Below, in pieces: positions 1 through 14,400 of a DNA stretch of 64,000 bases. The notes below the pieces were generated by a model that was given only the letters and a program-made list of their open reading frames with translations, was not told where the DNA came from and did no database searches. How positions within the stretch are numbered: position 1 is the first letter of the stretch; every line of letters starts with the position of its first letter. The DNA is from Antedon mediterranea (Eukaryota > Animalia > Echinodermata), in the NCBI RefSeq assembly GCF_964355755.1, contig NC_092670.1:30988388-31052387 (forward strand), in the 5' to 3' direction. The position numbers and the translations under genes were made by a program.

Positions 1-690
1 TACTATGTATCGGTCTCTTGGATTGTCTCATTACAGACATCCATACATGTGTGAACATACACATGTTGTTTACTGTTACTGTGTTGAACTACATCACCAA
101 TCCTCCAAGGAAAACACGTCAATTGTGGGAGAGTGGGGTTGGGAGATAGGGTTTGGGTTTCAGGAGATAGTGGGGATTTCGCTTACACCAGAATTGTGGT
201 TGGAAAATGTATTTAATCATCCCTGGGAAGCTGATGGGAGTTTGGGGTGGCGTATCAAAATGATAGCAATTGTACCCGGAAGGTTTTAAACTACATTTAA
301 AAAATTCCCCCGACTCCTGGGGTTTTTGTGGGAGGGGTGGGGGCGGGGGGGGGAGCGAAAATACTAGCGTAATGAAGTAGCCCGATTGGATTGTACTAGG
401 AAAAGTTACTAAATTTGAACTGTCCAGGGGAGGAGTTAAGGTTTGTTGATGGTGGCTGGGATGGTGAAAGGAGAAAGAAGGCTGGGGGACCTTAGACCCA
501 TCGTAGCTATGCATACTCCTCTCAATTCGAAGCTTAGGTTGAATTGAATTTGTCCATCACTGGGAAGAATTTGTTTTTAAGAAAGAGTATGGGGTGTTAT
601 TGAAGAGGGGTGGAGGTTGGTGAGTATAGACAGATACTGGCGTCGGTTGTTATATACTGAGAAGGCTGTAAACTAATTTTGAAACCCGCC
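1..690 (-). mobile_element. Highly decayed Penelope-like retroelement (RT-region remnants)
   Basis: Frameshifted minus-strand fragments in PLE order: ITTDASICLYS (cf. TxDVxSLYTNI), LKNKFF..DGQ, a MG-SK-like patch, HHPSH..GQF (cf. HPxH..IPYGQF), ILIRHPKLP (cf. [10 protein letters not shown] at 14720). More GC-rich than its flanks. Judged by eye only. Confidence 0.4.
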
Positions 691-1415
691 CTGGGGCGGG
701 TATAATTGCTAGTTACTTATATGTATAATGTAGGAAAGGCAAATTATAGTCGTATAGGTAGGCCTACATACAATAATGAATGATCAGAATGTTATTATCA
801 TTCCAATCATTAGTCATTATTATGTTTACTAAAAATATTATTAATGTATTGATATAACTTATATGGAATAAGATTAACATTTTTAAAATGTACTTACGTA
901 TTGTACATAGCTCGCCTCGATACCCTTCGCAACATGTCTTGACAAAATCGAATACCTCGACATATTCGTAGACGGCAGGCCTAAGAAAAAACAATGTAAA
1001 AACAATCACTTTTTAACCGTCTTAACCGTTTATTTGATGGAAGAGTCGAACAGTGCCGTACCAGAACTGGAAATATTATTCCACCTCCTAGATTTGAATG
1101 CTATGGTAGAATGCTGAGAAATTCAAATAATCTATCACAATAAGATGAAAATTAAGCCATTTGCTTATTTATTCCCATGCATTTTTTTATGTTTTATATC
1201 ACTTTGTAAATCATGTGCAATTTACAGATGTGACATCTGTGACATGTGACTGTTTAATTAAATTAAAGATTATTAATAAAAGATACAGTATCATTTTGAG
1301 TTAGGCCTAAACAAGGCTCTAAATAAGGCCAAATAAACTTAAACTACTAATCAAACTTTTAAGCCATATGTCTATCGTTTTTACTATTAGCTTTTTTACA
1401 AAAAGGAATAAATGT

Positions 1416-1694
1416 TTTACAATAAAATTTAATGACAAAAAAAACAAGAAGATCGACGTTTCTGAACCATCATGGAACCATTTTCAAGATCAAGTGATCG
1501 AATTATACAAAACAACAACTTAAGTTCTTAGTATTGTAGGCCTTCTTCTCTTAATTAACCAATCAATTAGTATTTCCTGTCACCTATTTGTGTTTGTTGT
1601 TTTGTATAATTCGATCACTTGATCTTGAAAATGGTTCCATGATGGTTCCGAAACGTCAATCTTCTTGTTTTTTGTCATTAAATGTTATTGTAAA
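1416..1694. repeat. ~100-bp inverted repeat (arms 1416-1518 and 1594-1694), PLE terminal-repeat-like
   Basis: The arms are near-perfect reverse complements around a ~75-bp spacer; each arm contains a hammerhead-like motif. Confidence 0.85.
1621..1661 (+). ncRNA. Minimal type I hammerhead ribozyme-like motif, U3:A8 core variant (second copy on - strand at 1451-1491)
   Basis: gatc-TTGAAAA-t-gg(ttccatgatggtt)cc-GAA-ACGT-C-aatc. The minus copy ends ...GAA-ACGT-C-gatc, which closes stem I. Palindromic stem III (ACGT) is typical of PLE hammerheads. Confidence 0.55.
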
Positions 1695-3484
1695 GTTATA
1701 ATAGCAAGCGTCTATTATTTATTAAGAAATAAATGTTACATAAATAAAAAAAATCAAAAGAATGATTTTACATTTGAAATTGCACGTTATTGTTACGGTC
1801 CTTTATAGTTACTTTGGCTTTTGCTATTCTAATTCATTGATATAACTTACAAATGGTGTATTTTCAATAAATTACTTGTGGTTCAGTTATGCTACATAAA
1901 ATATAAATCAAAATATAGGTGTGTAGGTGTTTAGTTTTAATTACGCTATTAGACTATTCATAGGTTTTACTCCATAACTTAAAATGCATTAAAATGATAC
2001 GATATTTGGAAATATCTATTTAGGCTACTCCTGTTACATTTACAAATACAGACAATACTATGGTTACGTAAAAATCCAGTTTCCATGGCATTGGATGTAT
2101 AGTTTTTCCACAGCTGCGATAACGAATCCGTTTTAAATTTCTTTGGTTGATAATATATATATATGAATATGGTATTCAGTTACACTATAAATAATGGATG
2201 GGTAACAAAAGCAGGAATACAATATCTGAATGTCTGTGAATTATTATATAGTTTTATATACAGCTCAGATTATATAACAATATCATATTCATTAAAATTG
2301 AATGTTTCACATCAGATCCAACTGTAATATATATAAACCATCTTGCGATTGTAAAGATTATTATATAGACCCATCTGAAAATTATTTTTCATACAGTACA
2401 AAAGTTCGGTTGTCGTACCCTGTTTTTACTTTGTCAACGTTGTCAATGCGTTACCAATTGTAATCTCTATTATTTAATAAACCTGTATTATTAATTACGG
2501 TTTTAGCAGGTAAATACCTTTTTTTCGATCGAATGTTTGGTCAATAGTTTGATCAACAATGGATTGAGATTCCAAAATATTTCGAATTTTACACTAAAAT
2601 TACCATGACGCAAAATGTTCAGGAATGTGTAAAATAAATACACTACCGGTATTAGCTATAATTGTCAAGGAAATGTGTTTGACATTATTATATACAAGAC
2701 AGATTTAGGAAATTTTAAACATGTGTTCATATTTACAATTGCATCATAATGAACAGGTTGTGCCAATAATATACATGCACCTTTTGTTTAAAAGAACGTT
2801 TGTCGAAAAACAAAGCAGCATGGATTATCTCTATTTGTTTACACAGTAGTAACACCTTAAGGTGTGCGGTACAAACAAAAAGGTATTGTAAAGGTGAATT
2901 TAAAATTCAATTTTGAGCACCTAAGTAAATAGCTCACATAAAACCATGGCTTATAAAAATAGGAATATTAGTTTTGTGGAAACCATTATTATGACGTATA
3001 GATTCACATCAATTGGCCTATACGAAAATAAAATCGATCGAACATCATTAGGAAACACAGAAACTTTAAAGACAGATACATTGTCCATGAAAACATGAAA
3101 TGATACAATTAAACTTAAAGGTAAATGTGTGGTTTTAATAAAGTTTATTCAATCATTTACTATGATTCAATTTAAGTCTCACCTTATCAACAAGTAACAA
3201 TTTTCGGAATAGATAATGATGAATATTGATTCAAATTAATCAATATAATTATTCTGATAGCAAAGTTGTCTATAGGCCTATGCCGATATAAACGTAAATC
3301 TGTTAAATGTCTTCAATAAGGACCTTTCCTTTAAAAATATTACAATATGAATTCACAATAGTATTGTTTATTTGTATATTAATATTTAATTGGAACGGGT
3401 TAACTTTCTTTCATATGAAATGTATACTGTTTTGAAACAAATGTATAATGGAATCAATTATAAATCCAAAGGAAAATTAAAGAA

Positions 3485-3590
3485 AACAAGGCCAACAGCC
3501 ATAAGTCGCGTGCTAAAACGCATAATAATACCGGGCCAACAGACAGACCGACAGACCGACCGACCGACATAGTGAACTATAGAGTTAAAA
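3485..3590 (-). mobile_element. Short DINE-1/HINE-like (Helentron-associated) element, internally deleted
   Basis: Shares the ends AACAAGGCCA..AGTCGCGTGCT and (GACC/GACA)n-GACATAGTGAACTATAGAGT with the copies at 24195-24909 and 33929-34079. Confidence 0.65.
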
Positions 3591-5019
3591 ATGACAATGC
3601 TGTGGGTATCAGTGACTGGATCTCAATGGAGATAGAAAAAATAAGCGAAAAGCTAAATCAAAACGATAAAGTAAAACAGCCAGAAAAGTTAGCAGAGCTT
3701 TCGGCCAACACTAGCCCTTCATCGGTGCAAGTGGAATCAATTATAAAAATATATTTTTTAAATCACTTAATTTAACCAGAAGCCATAGAATACAGTCTTT
3801 AATTTTATTTTTCAATTTTTTTGTTTGGAAAACATGAAAGAAGTAGCTCTAATAATTAACGTCAATATAATAACCCGCTTATAATCCTATGCTGTTATTT
3901 ATATATAATATATGTTATTTATTTCTTTCTTATAAACTCAAAATGTTTTAATTCTAAACTATTTTCATTATACGATATCAATTATTTAATATTAATAACA
4001 ATTTCAATTCGACTTTTATTTCAGAAAATTGTCCATATGATATAATACATTTCAGAGAAAACAAAAAAAGATGAAGGAGAGAGGACCAAAACTTTTATCT
4101 ATGTTTTTATCAAATGGCAATTACAAATCTTATCAGAATTATTGACATTAAAAATATTGGCATCGGATAAAAAATCAAATATGTTTAATTAAACTTAAAA
4201 GTAATTTTGCACATAACTATTGGATAGTTTGCAACACATTGTGAAGAGAAAGGACAATTTACTTGTAAACATTGTGATGCACTTTTTAAAAATAGGTTTA
4301 GTTACTTGATTGTTTCTGCTCTTATTACATCCCAGCCTATTGGTGCTCTTTGTTTTTATGATCTAAGTTCGTTGTAAGTAGTCTATATAACCTGCATGTG
4401 ATTTAGAATTTTAAAATAAAGAGACCTAGACCTATATAATACTATAACTTACTTGAAAATTGGACAATCTTCACTCTGAACGTTTGCCTCGTAGGCATCA
4501 ATATCTAATTGGAATCCATTTTTCTCAAACGCTTGCACGGTAGCACAGTTGACGGTTAAGTTCAAACGAGGCGATGATTCTATTTGTTGTGTACCCTTCA
4601 GAATTTCATCGCAAAAATGTGTCCTACAAAAGAGAATAGTAACAAATAGTTAGTTATCTGTGGTTTTTAGCCAGGTGGTTTGCAATGATAGAACGATATA
4701 CTTTTCATTTTCTGTTTGTGAACATCAAAATGAAAACAATTATAATAAGTTACAATAGATATTGCAATATATTATAATGGTTCAGAAATAATATTCTTGT
4801 TAATTTCAATAGGAAATGAATTGTAATAAGAATGGAATCAATTCAAACGAACGATAAAAATAACTAATGATATGATTCAAACCAGTATTTATGTGAATAT
4901 GCTATTAAGGAAATAATTCATAACGATATTGAGCAATTTTATGTTGTACAATTTTTATATTACGAAATTTAAATGATGTTCTGATAATCTTTGAAAATCA
5001 TCGTTTATTGATAAATTAA

Positions 5020-5300
5020 ATGAGTGAATGCACAACGATATATGAAAGAAACGAATGAATGAAAGGATAAACGAATAAAAATGGTATAATGTAAGAATAA
5101 ATGCATGCCTGATTGAGCGAGTGAACTAAATTAATAAATGGTGGCAATGAATCAGTGAAATGAATCGAAGGAAGGAAGAAAATACGAACGAATGAATGAG
5201 TGAATAAAGAAAGAATTAATTAATTATGTTGATACAATAGTAAATGATGTATGGGTGATCGAATTTGTGAATGACGGATATAAATTCGGATGAAGAAAAG
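5020..5300 (+). repeat. Degenerate (GAAT)n simple-repeat tract
   Basis: Recurrent GAATGAATGA/GAGTGAAT units, purine-rich. Confidence 0.5.
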
Positions 5301-7516
5301 GAGAAAATTGTGGAGGAAAACAGATCATGCTTTTAACAAAGCTTACGCAAAGTGAAAAAAAAAACAAGTTAAACTAAAAACCATATAATTTAATTATTTA
5401 AAATTAAATAATGACTAATTTTACTCACGTTTGTGCTTTGGCTATTGAAAATATTAGAATTGCTAAATAGCATTCTAAGACCAAGCGGTAAACCATTTCT
5501 GGTCCCTGAGCGAAACACTACAAAAATATTCCCAGTGATATAGCCGTAGTTTTATCAAAAATTAAAACTTAAGCTTAATATCTATTAATTAGTCGGTTAC
5601 AACTTTTCGCTCGTGTATCTATTGTACAATTATCGCCTCTGTGATTTTGAGTTTCAATTTAAGGGTTCGCTGTTGTATTACATGCGTCAAATTGTATACT
5701 TATCTCCACTTGTTGTATACCTGTTGACCAGGGTAGGCGACAGCTGTGAGGCGTAACAATGGTTCAGCGGGGGAACTTACTGTCCGTATCCTTGTGTTGG
5801 GCACTTCACATTTGCTAAGTCAGCTAAATTCAATTAGTTTATGTGTTCAATTGGCACTCCTGCGTATATTGCTCTTCCCACAGGTTGCCATAACGAGTTG
5901 CTTCTTTACAATTTTCATTAAATAAAAACAATCGCATACTGAATATTGCTACCTACTTCAGTTAATGTGTGATTGAATAACGTTTGCCTGCTAATTTCAT
6001 TTGCAAATGATTTCAACTTTAAAAATCTCTCTACTTGTAATGTTGTAAATTGTGTTTTAATATGGACCTGTCACAATAAACTAAATAGATTTCAACGTTT
6101 TGTTTAGTATAACAAGGTGGGCTACTTATAACATCAAGGATTGGAAGTTATACTTTAATTTATTTCATCACAAATATACTGTATAATTATTAGGCTATAC
6201 ATTGAAATAATAATATTTACAATGTTTGTATTTTAAGTTACTTTTCGGTGTCTAGCTGTTGTGATCGACTATGTTGTTGAAATCTCTGTAGCTGCAAAAA
6301 AATGAAGAATGTATTTTCATACTTTTACATGGCAGAATCAATATTTAATGATTAATATTGGAAAGGATTGTTCTAATTTGATTTACACATCATCATTACT
6401 CTTTCGTTATTCTTATAGATATTATTATCTATCAAATATAAATCTATGAATTGACAAATCTATGATTACAAGGATGGGCCTAAGCATTTGACATAGCATC
6501 TTTAAATTCTTTATCATTAGGTTTATTTATTAAGAAGAAGTAAGCACGAGAAGTTGATGATCAATCTTTTTTAAACTGATAACAAACAAATCAAATAACA
6601 CTTAATTACAAATCGGTTATACTAAAAAACACAAGGTATACATCTCACACACACTTGACACACACGCTTGACGCACAATTGACACAAAATGCTACTCTTA
6701 TTATAGTACAGTATTATTAATTACGCCTTCTTATAAAACAAAGAGAAAGATATTTTGAATAGCAGAAATAACACCTGTAGCTGTATATTAACCATTCACA
6801 CTTAGGCTAAGGGAAACACTTAACCTTAAAATTAAGAGAAATAAATCTGCTAAGTTAATAAAAATACTTAAATATGTATTGAGTTAAGTGAAATATTTAT
6901 TATGGTGTTTTGTAGAAGAACATTTTTCTCAATTGTTATTGTAAAACACAGACTTTTGTATTGCTTTGTTGGTAAACACTACAGAAACAGACTGATGCCA
7001 TATATTATATGATATTATTAGACCATTTTCGATTTCCTACTAGGCCTATACTATAACACTAGTAATGAATGTGTGAGAAGTTTAATAGTTTTGAAAAAAT
7101 GCAAATTTCTTATAATACACTTCTTATCTAGTTTACATTTTTCTACCAGGTAAATTATTAAGCTGATTGAGTATTTCTTCTGCACCTACACTCCAGATGC
7201 AATGTTTTCCACACATTTGAACGTTGAGTTTGGTTCAGCCAATTTGTTCAAATCTTATTTTGTTTTAAACACCCGCTTTGATTGACCCAGCCTACTGAAG
7301 TATCTTTTAACCATGTTTACGTTGGATTTGGGAGATTAATTTAAACCTCAACAACGACAAAAACCTCCTTCTTTAAAAAACGCCCTTTTTTCGGGGACAC
7401 TCCTATTCAGCAGCAAGGGACACTCCTACAGTTTAGTGGACACTTATCTTTTAACCCTATTATTATAAGGTTCCCTATTATTCAACGTACACTCCAATTG
7501 TAAAGGGTAGGCTTAA

Positions 7517-7820
7517 AGATGTATGACCCCCATGAAAAGTAGAGATTAAAAAAATCAAATTTTGAATAGGCCATTTTGCAGTTTTAAAGTTATTCAATTC
7601 TGTATAGAAAAAACTCAATAAAAATAAGTTTTTCCTTATAAAAAGACAAAATAAACTGTAAATTTTAACTAAAAACCATCGCTGACAAACAATTTAGGTT
7701 TTTTTTTGCTTTAAATTACAATTTTTTCAGGAAAATATATATTTTTTCGATCCAGTTTTTGGTCAAAGCGAATAACTATTATGTGACATTAAAATGGCAT
7801 ATTTAACAACAGCAAAATCA
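7517..7820 (+). mobile_element. TTAA-target MITE family A, copy truncated by the adjacent HINE-like element
   Basis: Starts TTAA|AGATGTATGACCCC and aligns by eye with 53725-54072. Confidence 0.65.
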
Positions 7821-8338
7821 AACTAGATTTGAACTCGTCACTTTGACGATTTCGGGTTATCCACGAAAACGCAACATGCACATACTTTAATACGTTAACA
7901 AAATTTGGGGTCACTTTCGATCCTGAAGAGCTATAATAGATTCAAAATTTGCATTAATAGAAATTAGAAATTTTAAATGCGCGTGCGTGCGTAACTTTCT
8001 ATGAAACATGCCATTTTTAATCCATAGAAAGTTTGCTCTTGATATGACTTAAATTTTCACCAAGTGTCAATATAAAATGACTTCTGGTTTTTAATCTATG
8101 ATCAATCATTGAAATTCATAAAATTGCGCGTAATTTACGCTGCGTGACTCTCTAAAATCATAAAACGAAGTTTCCTGCACTTCTACAGTTAGAGGTCAAT
8201 CAAGTTTTACGATGTAATGTTGATCAGAGAATTAGAGATACACGTGACACAAAATACTGGGAAAGAAAGAAGAATATAAAAAAAAAGATCGTGACAATAA
8301 CAAGGGTTATCCGCCAAAAGTGCAGATAACCAAAAAAA
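7821..8338 (-). mobile_element. Second DINE-1/HINE-like family element just upstream of ELP2
   Basis: Terminal hairpin TCGTCA..TGACGA and sub-TIR GGGTTATCC at the left end; AAGAAGAAT-type tract and GGTTATCCGC..GCAGATAACC inverted repeat followed by an A-run at the right end. Confidence 0.55.
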
Positions 8339-8412
8339 TATATTTTTCTAGAGTGACCGTGGTTCCATATTATATCTGCTGCCCCCAATAGTCCTATGTG
8401 AGATTAAACAAA

Positions 8413-11400
8413 ATGGCAGCCTCCATTGCCAAATGTGTTGAAACATGTTATGTGGCTGCTGGATGTAATCGTGTGCCGCATTGTGTGAATTGGGGCCGTC
8501 AAAATGTTGTAGCTTATGGTTCGAATATAAATATTATTCTGTATGACCCAGGTGTAAGTCATCATAATCTACGACATATTGTTAACCTAGGCTAGTTTGT
8601 AGGCCCATTAAAACATGTTTCTTTGTCGATTTATCATTCATTGATTACGTACGTGGTGGTGTAATTATTGCCTGGATTCTGAGGAATGTAAACCATGATG
8701 CCTCCTACAACCGTCCTATAGTTAACGCCGTTTCCAAGAGGTTGTAAAGTAAAGTTTAGTATTGAACTCAATTGAATACTTTGTATAATTAAATTTTTAC
8801 ATTAGAAATGTAAAAACCCAGAATTTAACAGTAACAAGCAGGATCACTGTTTCACTGACTGCACAGCATGCAGTAGCCTGTATGTAGTTGTAGGCCATCA
8901 TGGACTACTAGGCCCTAGCCTAGGCCTAATTGGTAAAAATTAAAAAAATTGTTGGCTAGTGGGGTCATTATAACATTAACACATGTTACCTCCTGGTACC
9001 ACACGAAACCTACTATTACTATTAAACACTGCCTGATTTGGTGTTCGTATTTCTGTTTATTTACTAATTTGTCTAACTCTAAATTTACCAAAAGTAAAGC
9101 TCAGATGAAATCGGTCGCGCTTGAAATCGGTCGCGTTTGAAATCGGTCGCGATAAAATCAACTTTCGGTATTTTGTATGGCGCGCCGCTAGAGCTATACT
9201 TTTGATGATATCGGTCGCATTTGAAATCGGTCGCGTTCGCGCTATTTTGTATGGATCGAGTGGGATGCATGCTCTAGAGCGAGGGATATACATTTTTCGT
9301 TTATATAGATTTAATTGATATTTTTTAGGAACTAGATTATTTATGTGGATATTTTTTACTTGGTTAATAAGTATTTATTATCAATCTTTAAATAAATTTT
9401 GTTTTTTGTATTTCACAGGTCTCGGAGAAGGACTGTGTCTTTTCAAAATGGCCATTTCTAGACACGTTCGTTTAAATATTATATTAGGCATAATGTTATA
9501 TTAGGCATATAATAATTTCTCTATTTATATGTACTGTAATTAATATATTATATAGAGAATATACGTCTGTCGTGTCTTTTATTATGCAAACAATTACGTA
9601 TGGTTTTAGGATATTAATAAAATATATAGATAATATGCCGTTATAAATCAATCTACCGGCCATCTACAGTAGGACTATGATGTACAATGATAGATGTGAG
9701 AATAATAATGTATGGATAATAAAGGTGGACACGATTTTCAAAGATCTGCACTGATATTTAAACATTTAGATTTACGAACGGCGTATGAATGCGAGACACT
9801 GAGTTGCACTTACTTAATTATTTACATTAAATGATTATTATAAATGAAGAAATAAAAGATATTCAAATTAAAATCTATAGTAGGCCTATCGCCGACGTAT
9901 ATACGTAAATTATATATAAATCATACTGTCAAATTATAGAAACAGTGCTTTATTCGGAATGATTATGGATAAGCAAGCCTGTGAGCTACAGCGACTTTAA
10001 TTGCTTTTGCTTATCCTTGCCTCCTTAGATTTCCACGTGTCTTGATTTTGTTACCTATGTTTTAAATGTATTTCGATTTTAAAGGCTAAATGAAGAAGGA
10101 ATGAATGAATGAACATGATCTCATAATCGCGTCGAGCATCTATAGCTCATTGGATCGTTTCACAAAAACACATGCAGGAGGCCTATATGCCTATAGACGT
10201 TTCAAACGTATGGTTATTAGTAATAGACGTCATCTTTACCTCGCCATGGACAACGATCGTACGTATTTTGTCCATGATTTAACACTAACAAGTGCGTGTT
10301 TTTTAAAAAGGGGAAACCCCGTCAGCAAAATAACGTATTGTTAGGGGAAACAGCTGCACGATCATAGAAGGCGCATCTCCACAATATGGCTTATTCGGGG
10401 GTTTATTTCAGTAACTCGCCTTTTAACCATCCGCATATAATGATCATTTTACTAAAAACTATTTGAAACATTAGAAATAAAAATATACACATGATTTGCC
10501 TTAACAATAATCATTATAAATACATAATAGAAAAATAACGCTTAAAAAAAGAACAATGTTTCGACTCCATCATGGAGTCATTATCAAGTTCAATGAATAA
10601 AATTTAAAAAAACAACTAATTAAATAACACAAGCCAAGGGTCAAAGTTTAAATAACAAAAGACCTATAATCATTATACACTTAATATTATCCTACATAAC
10701 GGATAGAAATAAAATAGAAATAAAAATAAGGTGATCGAATAGTATTAGTATGTTGTTAACGACATGGATATGATATAATCTGCCACAGTATGCATAAGTA
10801 TAAAAATGGATACGCTGGCTTTACGGGCTATATTGTAAAAATTATTGTTTTTAAATAAATTGTTCTCTTTTACGTAATTGTTTGCATAATAAAAGACACG
10901 ACAGACGTATATTCTCTATATAATAATATATTAATTACATTACATATAAATAGAGGTAAATTATTATATGCCTAATATAACATTATGCCTAATATAATAT
11001 TTAAACATGTTTTAGAAATGGCCATTCTCCGAGACCTGTGAAATACACAAAAAAAATAATTTAATGATTGATAATAAATATTTATTAACCAAGTAAAAAA
11101 TATCGACATAAATAATCTAGTTCCTAAAAAATATCAATTAAATCAATATAAACGAAACATGTATATCCCGCTCTAGCATGCATCCCGCTCGATCCATACA
11201 AAATAGCGCGACCGATTTCAAACGCGACCGATATCATCAAAAGTATAGCTCTAGCGGCGCGCCATACAAAATACCGGAAGTTGATTTTATCGCGACCGAT
11301 TTCAAACGCGACCGATTTCAGACGCGACCGATTTCATCGTAAACCGCTGCCAGTTGGCCTAACCCTTTTTGCCCTCTAGCCGTTTGTGATGTATCGGCCA

Positions 11401-14400
11401 GTGTATAGTACAGTAAGACCATTTTTTTTGGTAAAATTTATTAAAAATTTACTATACTTTACTTGCTTTATTTTTTAATAATTACTTTAATTGCAGTCAA
11501 AATTTACAACAGGGAAAGTAACATCAGTTTTACACGATCACACTGATAGAGTAAACTCTGTAAAATGGGTACAACAAATACCACAGGTCAGACAGACAGA
11601 CTGTGTGAATGAGTTGGTATCGGCTTCTTCAGACAAAACTGTAAAAGTTTGGAAAGAAAAGGCAAACCAGGTATTATAAATTAATTAAAATAGTACCAGA
11701 ATAAGTTTTGAAACAAAAGCTAAATATGAATATCGAATTAAATTAATGTCAGGTGTTCTATTATTATTTATCTTTATTTTATCCCTATCACCTCCTCTCT
11801 TATTAAAAATATTGTTCAAATTCATCATTACTAACCATTCACACACAACACCCTTAAAATAATACAAATAAATCTCTTAAAGTAAAGTTTAAAAAATTAT
11901 TTTAGTAGGCCTATTCTTAGAAAATATCTGTGTGATTGGTGAATACGGCTGTTTTCTTTAACTTCAAATAGTAATAAAAACAATCAAATTACTTGTTACT
12001 ACTTAATAATAATAATTTTGATGATTTACTTTCACAGTATAATGTTATATCAACATTAGAAGGCCATGATGGGATAGTGACCATAGTTGACGCCATTTAT
12101 CTACCTTCAGATGAGCAGGCCCCATCGTCTACCCTTAGAACTTTGATCGCATCAGCATCAACTGATTCGACCATCAAAATATGGGAAAGGGAACACGATG
12201 GAAATGAATTTAAACTTCTACAGACTATATCGCGGCATAAAGGCTTTGCTTTATGTTTAGCTTGGAGTGTATTACCAAATACAAACAGTAAGATTCAGTT
12301 ATATTATATGAAAAGAACCCTCTTTTGAAACACCTATATTCATTGGCACATCCCCAATAAGAAGACACCAAATTAAGGGTATATCTTGTAGTTGTTACAC
12401 TGTTAGCCTTTGTGTTGCCAGCTATATGATCATACCAATTTAATTTTGTCACACATTTTTCTCTAAATTTGTTTACAGCTCCAATCCTAGCAGTTGGTGA
12501 TGATGACTGTAACATACTGTTGTATGTTGAGAATAATGCACAATTTGTTTTAGTAAATACAATGCGAGGACATGAAGACTGGGTAAGAGCTGTGCAAGTG
12601 GTTACTACAGGTAGGTTGTATTACTAACTTGTATCCTAGGAAAGCATCTGAAGTTGGTTATCCTGAATATAGTAGTACTTACTACTAGGGACTTTTAGAT
12701 TGAGTGACTTTGCACACGACGGTCAAGTCCACATGGGTCAGATATAGACAGATATATATATACAGATTTAAGAACTTTTAGATTTAAGTGGACATTTTCG
12801 TTGACGTGCCAGTGAACGTATGACTTAATGACCTTGTAATCTCTAAAGTAGCGCTCATCCGTGGTGCTATTCCACCGCACTGGGCCGGTGGAAGTACACA
12901 GGCATAGGCCAGGCTAAGTGTGTAGCTTACGCCTAGCCAAGATCCTTAATTTTCAGAACAAAGGCTGCCATCCTAGCAATAAGACCCAGGGAATTACCTG
13001 TATTATTAAAAGCTTTATTTAAAATAACTAATACAAATCAGTAATTCACAGTTTGCAAATATAATTTGACTGAAAATCACTTTACTACATTCTCAGAAAA
13101 TCATCGCGAGATTCTCAGCCATGGTTTTGGTAAACATTTGCAGTGTTATGATGTCATACGGCCAGTATTCATGTCACAGAGAATCATCAAAATGCCACTG
13201 AGCAAGCACTCAAATTTGCCAGTTGACGTACCAGTCGCCTAGCGTATGAGCATATTTAAAAAATTACGTAATAGGGTAGCAGTCGACATAGTCGACATAA
13301 AAATCTAAAATTCCTTATTATAGTCCCCAGATCACCATTGGCTATGCTGATATGTTAGACTTGATAGCTGCATACTGTCAAATTTCAAAATACTTTTCAG
13401 ATGAAGGTGATTTATTGTTGGCTAGCTGTGGGCAAGATTGTTTTATTCGTCTGTGGAGAATATCGCCTGAAAAAGATGACACTTTACAAAACCAGAATCA
13501 AGATATTAAAATACAGGGAAACAGATTCTCTGTTACTTGTCAAGGTATATATTTAAAATACAAATTGCAGATAAGTGTGTTAATAATAATGATAATAATG
13601 GTAGTCTTATACAGCGCCTAATTCAAATTTGTGCTTTACAAAAACGATCGAATAAATATCTTAAGATAATCAAAAATAAAGAAGAACCAGAGGAACCATT
13701 TACACCACTCCCATATGAGAGCTTGCCGGAACAGAATTCACAGGAACTCAAGTGGAAAAGACATCTATCTATCATACATGATCTGTTGCCATAAAAACAA
13801 TGGCCAGTTTTGAAACATTATGTTTATTTTGCATAGGAGAACAATATGGTGTGATAAGCTCATCAATGTAGGATGGCGAGTCATCGATGATCATATAAAT
13901 CAATCATATTTTCTCAAAACTTTTTAGCGTTATGGTAGTTTTCTGATATCAAGTTTGTGGTACACCATGTATATTAGCTGTTGAGTTTCTCAACATTTCG
14001 ATCAATATACTTTTTCCTCAGGATTGAATGCGGGAAATCCAGAAAACTTGAAATATAAATGAAATTGTGTGAGATTGGTGTAAAAGCTAAAACAATAGCA
14101 CGGTTTACAGTGGGAGGGATTGAAACTAGCTATACAAGAGAATTGTTTCTCATAAACAAAAGAAATGTCAAGAAACTCAATAATTCTTTTCAGAACTAAT
14201 ATACATGGTGTCCCACAAACATTGATTTCGCCATGCAATAATGTATTTGATATAGGTGTTTTTAACATTTGTTTTTTAGACAAGACCAAAGAGTTCATGG
14301 TGTCATTGGAATCTGTGCTGGTAGGCCATGAAAACTGGGTGTATGATATTCACTGGAGGTCTGCGGAATTTCAAGGTAATTAGGGAGCTTTAAATTTGAA

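Noticed and set aside
9057-9318. Overlapping short ORFs with ISNATD/FEIGR repeats
   Set aside because: They arise from the 17-bp repeats of the foldback arm.
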